Shown in pieces: positions 38,152-46,431 of a stretch of 56,076 bases of DNA. Under the pieces are notes generated by a model. It was given only the letters and a program-made list of their open reading frames with translations, had not been told where the DNA came from and did not search any database. Position 1 is the stretch's first letter, and every line of letters begins with the position of its first letter. The DNA lies in the IMG/VR virus record IMGVR_UViG_3300027996_002398, positions 1 to 56,076 of that record; one strand, given 5' to 3'. The translations under genes and the position numbers were made by a program. The stretch is from a virus (taxonomy: Duplodnaviria; Caudoviricetes).

Positions 38152-38913
38152 TTATTTTAACCATTTCCATTTTTTTATCTCATTTAAGAGTTGTTCTTTA
38201 TTTAATCTTTTTATTCTTTGTATTTCTTGTCCATTAAACACATAAAAAGGATTTCTTTCGTTACTATTTGAGGTTCTACTGTGTGTTAGGTGATATAAAG
38301 TGCCATTTGCCCTACATAACTCATACCCTAAAAATTTGACTCTGTGAATTCTTTCCCAATCTTCATGCCCCCATGAAATAAAATTTTCGTTTTCCCAACC
38401 AATTTCACGATATCTTTCTTTATGGAAGAAAAGAGCTCCACCAACCGAGTTGGGATTAAATAAAGTGCATTGGCCCAAGGGTATTTCCAATAATTTATCA
38501 TCATTAACTAAATCAAAGAATTTTCTAGGTATATCATAAAATTTTCCAGCATAAGGAAAACACATTGTACACCCTTCTTCTATTTTTTTCTTAGCGTCTA
38601 TGTATTGGGCTATCGGAAAAATGACATCAACATCATAATTAACAACTATTTCTGTTTCTGCTAATTTAGTCATATCATTTAATAGTCTAGTTCTATGAAA
38701 CAATTTTTCATCATTTTTTTCAAAAACATATTTAATTTTTTCTGAAACTGATTTAACAAATTCTTCATTAGATTCTTTATCACTATCTAAAACTATTATG
38801 TTTGTGTCAAAGTTTCTTAAAAGGTAATTCATTGATATCTTGAAATTGTTTCTTCTATCTTCCGAATCAAACCTTATTGGTACTATAAATGTTACATCTT
38901 TAAAGTCTATCAT
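38152..38913 (-). CDS. Glycosyltransferase (GT2/GT7 C-terminal-like)
   Basis: YDVD (DxD), NENFISWGHED, LYHLTH. Confidence 0.85.
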   Translation of the reverse strand: MIDFKDVTFIVPIRFDSEDRRNNFKISMNYLLRNFDTNIIVLDSDKESNEEFVKSVSEKIKYVFEKNDEKLFHRTRLLNDMTKLAETEIVVNYDVDVIFPIAQYIDAKKKIEEGCTMCFPYAGKFYDIPRKFFDLVNDDKLLEIPLGQCTLFNPNSVGGALFFHKERYREIGWENENFISWGHEDWERIHRVKFLGYELCRANGTLYHLTHSRTSNSNERNPFYVFNGQEIQRIKRLNKEQLLNEIKKWKWLK

Positions 38914-40457
38914 TATCCTCTATTTTGGTAAATCATTTGTAATTGTTGTTGTACCTGTTCTGGTGTTGCCACTGGTGTCTCAGTAGGTGTCATTCCATGT
39001 TTCTTTTTATACCAAGCCGTACCCTTTCTAAAATTTTCATTCCATGTATCTGTATGCCCTATAGTACTTTCTTCTATTGAGTTAGGTATATCTGTTAGAT
39101 AATCCCAACTCCTATCTATATCAGCGAAATACCAAAAAGCTGGGTGATACATTTTTTTAATTGCTTGGTATGTGTGTTCTACATGTTCCCACGCATTTTT
39201 AAACACTGGGTCAAACCCACCTAAGTCTTCTAATACTGGTCTATAATAATAAGAAAACGCACCAACACAGTTGGGGTATAAAGCTACCCTAACATCTTCA
39301 TTATCTTTATCACCATTACTATATGGGACCACCATCCTAGGATTAGGCTTACCGTCAATATCTTTTCTCTCATCTAATGTTTTAAACCCCTGACTCCCCT
39401 TTTTATTTGCTGGCCCATGTAACGCAAAATTTAAATGTTTAATTCCCGAAATTAGTGAATGTTTAATATATTCTTCAAAAACATTCTCATCTTTAATAAG
39501 AATATCATCCTCCATTATGAATATGTGTTCACAATCAGTGTTTTCCATTAAATAATTAATTGCTGTTGTCTTAGCCGCACCAACAGATTTATTTTTTTCG
39601 TGTTGGATAATATGTGCTTGTTCGGGATAAGATTCTTTAGGGTATGGTGTCCCATCATTAACTATAACAAAGTTTTTAACCCATTTAGGTACTGTAAAAG
39701 CACTTTGTTTAATCCTATGTTCAGCATTATATGTTACCATACCGAAAGCAACTGAATCGGGGTTAAATTTTAATTTTTCATCAAAAGTTTTATTACTGGT
39801 TAACCTAACGGGTAATTTGTCTTTATATTTTTCTTCAAATCTAAGTTTATGTCCCTCCCATTGTTGGTTTGTTTGACCAATAGATAAGTGTGTAATCCTT
39901 ATGAATGTGGTTAAACCAATTTTAACACCATCTAAATAATTAGGAAAACAAAATGAAATATCGTAAAAATGGAACCCGTGAAAATCTTCGTCAAATGTGT
40001 GTTTTATTTTTGTTTTATCTATCGCAAAAAATAACCCATCTAATGCCACCATTTCGGTTATTGTTTTACCTTGGTCTTTTGAATAATAATTAGTCCATTT
40101 TTTACCTTCGTGTTGGTGTGAAACTATACCATTCATAGACTCTTTTAGTGTCCACCACCTACCGTCTATTAAATCGGTAGTCCCAGCGATACCAATAATA
40201 CCATATTCAGGGTTTTTTTCAAATAAAGATTTTAATTTACGGCCCCAATTTTTGGTATTGAAAATAATGTCGTCATGACAAAAAACCACAATATCATTAT
40301 TTGTTTCTTTTAAACCTTTATTGTACGCTTGTGTTAATGACATTTCACCATCATTAACAATTTCTATAATTTCTATTTTATGTATACCACTAGTTTTTTT
40401 TATTTCTTCAATAAATTCTGGTTTAGTGGTTCTAGTTGAGTATATTACGCTAATCAT
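38913..40457 (-). CDS. Two-domain GT-A glycosyltransferase
   Basis: Domain 1: AYNKG..FCHDD..FHFYD. Domain 2: IVNDG..IMEDD..GGFD..EH. Confidence 0.82.
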   Translation of the reverse strand: MISVIYSTRTTKPEFIEEIKKTSGIHKIEIIEIVNDGEMSLTQAYNKGLKETNNDIVVFCHDDIIFNTKNWGRKLKSLFEKNPEYGIIGIAGTTDLIDGRWWTLKESMNGIVSHQHEGKKWTNYYSKDQGKTITEMVALDGLFFAIDKTKIKHTFDEDFHGFHFYDISFCFPNYLDGVKIGLTTFIRITHLSIGQTNQQWEGHKLRFEEKYKDKLPVRLTSNKTFDEKLKFNPDSVAFGMVTYNAEHRIKQSAFTVPKWVKNFVIVNDGTPYPKESYPEQAHIIQHEKNKSVGAAKTTAINYLMENTDCEHIFIMEDDILIKDENVFEEYIKHSLISGIKHLNFALHGPANKKGSQGFKTLDERKDIDGKPNPRMVVPYSNGDKDNEDVRVALYPNCVGAFSYYYRPVLEDLGGFDPVFKNAWEHVEHTYQAIKKMYHPAFWYFADIDRSWDYLTDIPNSIEESTIGHTDTWNENFRKGTAWYKKKHGMTPTETPVATPEQVQQQLQMIYQNRG

Positions 40458-40657
40458 TTTTTAAATTTTTTAAACTCTTCTTCTGTTAATTCATAATCTA
40501 GTTTAAATTCAGTAACTACGTATTCACTAGCGTTATTAATATATACATTATAGTGTTTATCACCAACCCTAATATTACACCCAGATTTAGAATTAATAGA
40601 CATATCAAAAAATAAATCTTCAACACTTTTAGATGGTAATTTTCTTAACAATTTCAT
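40454..40657 (-). CDS. Small hypothetical protein
   Basis: 67 aa, packed in the operon. Confidence 0.6.
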   Translation of the reverse strand: MKLLRKLPSKSVEDLFFDMSINSKSGCNIRVGDKHYNVYINNASEYVVTEFKLDYELTEEEFKKFKK

Positions 40658-40660
40658 ATA

Positions 40661-41152
40661 TTATTTTTTAACTTCAATAATGTTAATAGGTTCTTCACAA
40701 TAAATGGATAGATGACACGCCGCCTTTATAGATTCTTTCACACTATTCCCTAAATAAAGAGCTGATAACGCGTAATCCATACCAGCTCCAATCGCGGTAT
40801 AATCAGTTACTTCTTTAATAAAAAAACCTTCCATCATAAAAGCTTTCCCATTTAAAATAATAACGTACTGATTTTCTAATTTAGATATCTCTACTTTTTT
40901 AGACATCCAATCCTGAAACTCTGACATAAACTCAACCAAATCTTCAACTGAAGCCGCTCTAGGTTTACGTGTTTTACAATACATAAGAAATAGGGCACCT
41001 TCTTGAGCATCACCTACATCCCCAATAACCATCCCATTTATTTCGTTTAATTTGGCTAACTTATCTTTTTCTTGCGTCCAGCCTGAAACCAAGATACTAT
41101 CAGCCCCAATGGTTATTTTATCTTTTTCTACTTTTACTGCTACTACACTCAT
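40661..41152 (-). CDS. Ntn-hydrolase, HslV/proteasome-beta-like peptidase
   Basis: M-SVVAV...IGADS...K, and AIGAG..YAL.AL. Confidence 0.7.
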   Translation of the reverse strand: MSVVAVKVEKDKITIGADSILVSGWTQEKDKLAKLNEINGMVIGDVGDAQEGALFLMYCKTRKPRAASVEDLVEFMSEFQDWMSKKVEISKLENQYVIILNGKAFMMEGFFIKEVTDYTAIGAGMDYALSALYLGNSVKESIKAACHLSIYCEEPINIIEVKK

Positions 41153-41745
41153 TACTTCGTACCTGTTGAACCGAACCCTCCGTCACCACGTTCAGATTCA
41201 TTTATTTCTAAAACTTCAATTAAATCCCCAAAATCAGAACTAATTCTATGTGATACCACACCTTGAGCAATTCTCTCACCCTTATCCCAAGTAAACTTTT
41301 CGTTACTTATGTTAACTAAAAGAACTTTAATTTCACCTCTATATCCAGTATCAACAGTTCCTGGTGAATTAAGTACTGTAACACCATTTTTATATGCCAA
41401 ACCACTACGAGGTCTAATTTGTAATTCATAACCATCAGGAAGTTCAAAATATAAACCTGTACCAACAAGTTTTCTTTCTAATGGTTTTAATGAACCCCTT
41501 TCATTAGCTCTTAAATCAAAACCAGAATCACCGATTTTAGCGTATACAGGGTTTTTGTTATTTGACTCGTTTATATATTTAATTTTAACCTTTTTAATTT
41601 TAGATTCGGGTTTTTCTTTATCGTAATCTTGGACAGATTCAGCTAGTTTTATAGCCATCATAATTTCTTCTTTAGTTTCTGATGGTAACATATCCATTTT
41701 AGCCAAAGATTTTAATTCCTTAATTTGGTTTTTAATTTCGCTCAT
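41152..41745 (-). CDS. dut: Trimeric dUTPase
   Basis: SGFDL, RPRSGL, GTVDTGYRGE, RIAQ, RGDGGFGSTG. Confidence 0.95.
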   Translation of the reverse strand: MSEIKNQIKELKSLAKMDMLPSETKEEIMMAIKLAESVQDYDKEKPESKIKKVKIKYINESNNKNPVYAKIGDSGFDLRANERGSLKPLERKLVGTGLYFELPDGYELQIRPRSGLAYKNGVTVLNSPGTVDTGYRGEIKVLLVNISNEKFTWDKGERIAQGVVSHRISSDFGDLIEVLEINESERGDGGFGSTGTK

Positions 41746-42455
41746 TATTTTAAATTATTTAATTTTGTTATTATATCTACAAGAGCTTTTACGTCTTTTT
41801 CACAATACTCTTTAATTTCTTCATGATTACCTTCCCAATAGTTTGTAGTTACGTTACCACCTTTAACATCACCATTTTTAGGTGAGTCAATATTTAAAAC
41901 TGTACACATTAAATCTAAAGAACCAATAGACCAATTATTACCAAATTGCCAGACATTTTTTGTATCTAAAACTCTAAGGTCCCAAGGTTTTGTGTCGTGT
42001 AATGGGAATAGTTTTGGTGGTTTCATTCCATTAATAAAATATCTTTTTCCTAGAAATGGGATATCAAACATTTTAATATTTTGACCACAAAGGTCGAAAC
42101 CAAGCGGTTCAATTTTATCAAATATTTTTCTAGTCTCAGTTAAAACATGTAATTCATCTTCACCATAAAAAGATTCAAACCTAACCTCACCACCTTTTGT
42201 AACAAAAGCCATAGAAACACAAGCAACTTTCCCAAACTCAGGAAAAAATGCCGCAGTTTGCCGATAAACCTCTCTTTTAATATCTTTTTCATCCATAACT
42301 GGGTCTATTTTATTTTCGTCAGTTACTTTTTTTCTAAATGAATCATAATAAGATTCCCACATGTTTAATTGCCTATCAGGCATATCATACAAGTCTTTAT
42401 ACTGACTTACCGACTCAATATCAAAAAATAATAATTTATCTACTTTAAACTGCAT
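41745..42455 (-). CDS. PolB-type 3'-5' exonuclease (DEDDy)
   Basis: FFDIES, GQNIKMFDIPFL, YCEKDV. Confidence 0.85.
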   Translation of the reverse strand: MQFKVDKLLFFDIESVSQYKDLYDMPDRQLNMWESYYDSFRKKVTDENKIDPVMDEKDIKREVYRQTAAFFPEFGKVACVSMAFVTKGGEVRFESFYGEDELHVLTETRKIFDKIEPLGFDLCGQNIKMFDIPFLGKRYFINGMKPPKLFPLHDTKPWDLRVLDTKNVWQFGNNWSIGSLDLMCTVLNIDSPKNGDVKGGNVTTNYWEGNHEEIKEYCEKDVKALVDIITKLNNLK

Positions 42456-42481
42456 TTGTTAATCTTTTTTTATTAAATTAA

Positions 42482-43801
42482 TTAGACATTATTAGTATGT
42501 TCGATAAACTCTTTAATTTGATTTTTATTATCAGAAACTATCTGTTTATACCATGTTGCCCTAGTATTAGTGACAGTATTTATATGGTATTTATCTTTTA
42601 CTGTTTCGTATAAATTGTTTGATAAAAGTTCTACTAAACCAGGATTATCATTTAATTTCTTAAGAGCTTTATACCAATCCTTATGGTTTTTTCTAGTTTC
42701 AACTAAAATAGCGTTACCTTTTTCATTTATTTTACCGCCATACTCTATTAAAGGTACACAATCTATTTGATAAGGTCCATAGTCTTGTGCGATTAAAGCT
42801 TTTTTATGAAAACCAGCTTCAATAACTTTTAATTGTGATTTATTTTTATTAAAACTATGTTCTTTAATTGGGGCCATAGAGATATCGAATAAATTGTAGT
42901 TAGAAGCGTAAGAAGTAATAGGTTTGGTCCAAACCCTTCTATAAACCTCATCTAAATTATTAAATTGCTTATCACTAGGTTCATCAAATTTTTTCAGTTG
43001 CTTTAAATAACCTTCGTTAATTATACCGTATTTTTTAGTAAACATTTCTTCATACCTAGACCAAACACTTTCCTCTGGTTTAATTTTCCTAGTTTTTTGT
43101 TGTTTAGTGTTTTTATCTATTTCAGTAATATTACCTCTAGTATCAAAACCACATAATACCATTTGTGAATTTTCTTTATTTTCATCTAAAAACCTACTAA
43201 CACTACTACCAATTAGAATTAAATCATGATAGTGAGAAGAACCACCTAACCACCCAATTCTAGTTTTTTTATTAGTTTTTTCTGGTTTTGGTGTAAATTG
43301 TTTTTCATTAGGGTCAATTGAGTTAGGTAACACTATTACGTTTTCATTTAATTTACTAATTTCTTTTGCAAAAATTGGGGTAGTTGTTGTAACGTAATTA
43401 ACTTTTTTAATATTTTCTTTAATTTTTTGAGGTAACTTATCGTTAATAATCATTTGGTATGCCGGATGTTCTTTAGAAGGTTCCCAATAATCATCTAAAT
43501 CCATAATTGTTATAATACCTAAAGCATGAATTTTATTCAATACATCATACATTTCATCTAAATAAACATGCCTTAGTTGTCCGTTAATGACTTTAGGTAG
43601 GGTTCTGTGAAAGTGTATTATATCATATTTTTTTAAATAGGAAGAATCGTCCCAACTAAAATCCATAGTTCCGGCTGTAACTATGTCTACATGGAATTCC
43701 TCATTATATAATTCTTGTAATTTCATATGGGGTTCTACTGAACGAAACTTCGATACCCCTGTTCTATCCGATGGAAGAACTAAAACTTTTATCTTACTCA
43801 T
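42482..43801 (-). CDS. Glycosyltransferase, GT-B/GT4-like
   Basis: DLDDYW, IGWLGGSSH..D, DISMAP..FN..KSQLKVIEAG. Confidence 0.82.
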   Translation of the reverse strand: MSKIKVLVLPSDRTGVSKFRSVEPHMKLQELYNEEFHVDIVTAGTMDFSWDDSSYLKKYDIIHFHRTLPKVINGQLRHVYLDEMYDVLNKIHALGIITIMDLDDYWEPSKEHPAYQMIINDKLPQKIKENIKKVNYVTTTTPIFAKEISKLNENVIVLPNSIDPNEKQFTPKPEKTNKKTRIGWLGGSSHYHDLILIGSSVSRFLDENKENSQMVLCGFDTRGNITEIDKNTKQQKTRKIKPEESVWSRYEEMFTKKYGIINEGYLKQLKKFDEPSDKQFNNLDEVYRRVWTKPITSYASNYNLFDISMAPIKEHSFNKNKSQLKVIEAGFHKKALIAQDYGPYQIDCVPLIEYGGKINEKGNAILVETRKNHKDWYKALKKLNDNPGLVELLSNNLYETVKDKYHINTVTNTRATWYKQIVSDNKNQIKEFIEHTNNV

Positions 43802-43851
43802 ATCTTATATTACTTTTTATGAAATATAATAAAATATGGTTAGTTGTAAAT

Positions 43852-43877
43852 AAAAAACCCCTCGTTTGAGGGGTTTT
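43852..43877 (-). terminator. Intrinsic terminator
   Basis: AAAACCCCTC-GTTT-GAGGGGTTTT; the A run gives a minus-strand U tail. Confidence 0.85.
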
Positions 43878-43879
43878 AT

Positions 43880-43951
43880 TTATTTTGTGGATTTTGGTCT
43901 ATCTCCACATTTTCCTTTGTTGCCTTTACAACCACATCCTTTTTGTGTCAT
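43880..43951 (-). CDS. 23-aa Cys/Lys-rich peptide, not in the ORF track
   Basis: MTQKGCGCKGNKGKCGDRPKSTK; A-rich leader, stop directly before the terminator. Confidence 0.6.
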   Translation of the reverse strand: MTQKGCGCKGNKGKCGDRPKSTK

Positions 43952-43961
43952 ATTAATTTTT

Positions 43962-44519
43962 TTATGTTCTATTGTTATTTGTTTTTCTTTTAATTTTTAA
44001 ACTTTTTAACACATTGATGTTCTCTTGAATCATTTTTTTATCAAAATACTTCTCAACTATTGAAGGTAAAGCTTTAGCTATTTCTTCGGCTATCATTTTT
44101 CTAATAGTATTATTATCAGTGGTGACACTAGATTTATTACTTATTGAAGGTATTGGAGTTTCAGTTATTGTTTGTTTACCATAATTAGGGTTAACCTCTC
44201 TTATAGCCTCTTCATCCATTGAGAATGTTCCAGGTGCGTCAGGTTGTTGGATTGGGTTGTCTAACATGGCTTTCATTATTTCTGGTGGTAACCCAGATTC
44301 CTTAACCCTATCCCTATAAACATCACTATTAATATCTATTTTAGGTTGTGGTCTATTAGTTGGTTGTTCTGTCACCATACCACTACTAGTTTGGGGTGTT
44401 TTTTGTATTCTTGATTGTACATTAGCCTCCAATGTTGAAACATCAGTAGAATCAAATTGTTTTGCTCTTTGCTCAACGTCTTTAGCTTTTTTTAATATAT
44501 CTAGTAATTTTGGGTTCAT
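43962..44519 (-). CDS. Hypothetical protein
   Basis: 185 aa, late operon. Confidence 0.72.
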   Translation of the reverse strand: MNPKLLDILKKAKDVEQRAKQFDSTDVSTLEANVQSRIQKTPQTSSGMVTEQPTNRPQPKIDINSDVYRDRVKESGLPPEIMKAMLDNPIQQPDAPGTFSMDEEAIREVNPNYGKQTITETPIPSISNKSSVTTDNNTIRKMIAEEIAKALPSIVEKYFDKKMIQENINVLKSLKIKRKTNNNRT

Positions 44520-44887
44520 AATTCAAATTCTGTTATTTTATATATTCTTTTCATACTTCTATCACCAGTAGGGTTAAATAAAGGTCTAGGTTCGTTAAAT
44601 GTACCACTTAATACCCTAAAATCTTCCATCCTATCAGTTCTAAAAGTTTTCCAACCAGGTTGTATTGTTTTTGTATCACCACCCACTTGGTATACTCTTA
44701 CCATGTCATTATCAGCTAAAGAAGAACCATAACAATAAACTTCTACCCATCTTTGGCCTTTACCTCCTGGGTCTTCATCATCGTCATAACGTAAAGAAAC
44801 TATTCTACGTTTATTCATAGCATCTTCTATTTCAGCCCTATTAGTGGCTTCTAATATAAGGTTTTCAAATAAAGAGTAAAGTTTCAT
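44516..44887 (-). CDS. Stand-alone WYL-like domain protein
   Basis: IEDAMNKRRIVSLRY...RWVEVYCYG...GWKTFRTDRM; start MKLYSL at 44887. Confidence 0.7.
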   Translation of the reverse strand: MKLYSLFENLILEATNRAEIEDAMNKRRIVSLRYDDDEDPGGKGQRWVEVYCYGSSLADNDMVRVYQVGGDTKTIQPGWKTFRTDRMEDFRVLSGTFNEPRPLFNPTGDRSMKRIYKITEFEL

Positions 44888-44888
44888 T

Positions 44889-45260
44889 TTACCAATATTG
44901 TTCTCCGTAACTAAAGTTATAATAGTTGTTACCTGAACCAGGTTGGTATTTGTTACCAGAAGAGTATAATAACACATCTTTTCTTTGTTCGTCTATAATT
45001 GTACCCACACCAGAATTTGGTCCTGTTTCACCCCTACCATGGTCATCACCATCAGATTGAGCTGCGGGGTTTTGTGCACCATACCCTTGGTTTGGTACAT
45101 CTTTAAATTCATTAAAAGATGTTATGTTAGCTCTTTGTATATCACCTTCAGCCTTAAGTGATGGTAATTGATTTGTTATAGCTCCACCGTTAGGGTTTAA
45201 ATCTTGTACTGAAGCTGCGTCCGTTAGTATCGGAGCTATTGGTCCTAAGAAATGTGACAT
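44889..45260 (-). CDS. Hypothetical protein
   Basis: Gly/Asn-rich, 123 aa. Confidence 0.68.
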   Translation of the reverse strand: MSHFLGPIAPILTDAASVQDLNPNGGAITNQLPSLKAEGDIQRANITSFNEFKDVPNQGYGAQNPAAQSDGDDHGRGETGPNSGVGTIIDEQRKDVLLYSSGNKYQPGSGNNYYNFSYGEQYW

Positions 45261-45736
45261 AATTTTTTGTTTTTATTAATTTCTGTTATTAGGTCATCTA
45301 AGACCTTTATTCTATAAATACCTTCCTGTCTTAAAATTTTATTCATATCAGAGTCGTGAGTATCTATTTTTACACTACTAATGCCTATTTTATCTTTTTG
45401 ATATTGGTTAGACATACCAATATTTTTCATATTTTTCTTTTTACTATTAACGTTATCTCTCATATCGTCTAGTTTGGATTGTACCCACTCTTTCATTTTA
45501 GTACCACCGTTTAGTAGGTACATTGTTTCATTATTTTTACCTTCAAAGGCATCAAAAAAATTTTTAATTCTTTTTAATTGTTCATAAGAGATATCGTTAT
45601 TATCACACAGACCCCTTAACCTTTCGTAACCTTCAACGTCTTTTGGGCCTTTATATGAATTATAAATTTTTTTTAAATGATAATCGATATCATCATCTAT
45701 TAATATTTTATCACCTTTAAGTTTACTATTTGCCAT
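45245..45736 (-). CDS. Hypothetical protein
   Basis: 163 aa, overlaps its neighbours. Confidence 0.72.
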   Translation of the reverse strand: MANSKLKGDKILIDDDIDYHLKKIYNSYKGPKDVEGYERLRGLCDNNDISYEQLKRIKNFFDAFEGKNNETMYLLNGGTKMKEWVQSKLDDMRDNVNSKKKNMKNIGMSNQYQKDKIGISSVKIDTHDSDMNKILRQEGIYRIKVLDDLITEINKNKKLCHIS

Positions 45737-46362
45737 TAACTTAATTTTTTTTTAAGTTCTTGTTTATATTCTTGTGGTATATCAGTAATGTCCATACTCA
45801 ATAAATAATTTAAAATTACAGCCTTTTCTTCACCACTTGTACTATTTTTTTCAATAATATCTTTTAGAGCTCCCACTTTTCTAATTAAAATTGGGTTGGT
45901 GTCTCTAATTGTCTCTAAATCACCTATACCATTTAGTGTGAAATCCTTAGTTTTCTTATCTACAAATTCTTTATCAAAATCTTTTTTTGTAAATATATCC
46001 TCTATTAAAGAGTTCATTTTATTTTTACCATTTTCCTTAATTTTTATTGGTTTAGGTGTCCCTATATTTGGTTTTTGAATATTTGACTTTCTTTTTGGTC
46101 TAGTCCCTCTTGTTTTTTTTGGTTCTGGTATTTCTTCTTTATCTTCCGGTGGTAATTCAACACCATCATTAGTATCATCACTCTCACCATAATATATACG
46201 ACCAAAATTGTTATACATACTTAATCCTTGTCTTGTCATATGTACAAAATCGTCAGTTGTAATTTTAGAAGTGGTCATGTTGTTGTCTTGGTCTATCTTA
46301 GCTCCACCCTTTATACGACTACCATCTTTGTTAACCAACTCCGATATTAAAATTACGTTCAT
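45736..46362 (-). CDS. Hypothetical protein
   Basis: First gene after the late motif at 46376-46384. Confidence 0.72.
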   Translation of the reverse strand: MNVILISELVNKDGSRIKGGAKIDQDNNMTTSKITTDDFVHMTRQGLSMYNNFGRIYYGESDDTNDGVELPPEDKEEIPEPKKTRGTRPKRKSNIQKPNIGTPKPIKIKENGKNKMNSLIEDIFTKKDFDKEFVDKKTKDFTLNGIGDLETIRDTNPILIRKVGALKDIIEKNSTSGEEKAVILNYLLSMDITDIPQEYKQELKKKLS

Positions 46363-46431
46363 AATTACTTTTTTAAATAAATATCTAGTAATTATGTTAG
46401 TTTAATTTTATTTTTTTTAAAATCTGAAGTT

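Noticed and set aside
24907-43801. Bacterial LPS or capsule locus co-assembled with the phage
   Set aside because: It is interleaved with phage-type genes (dUTPase, exonuclease, PhoH), runs continuously into the late sigma gene, and lacks export and polymerase genes.
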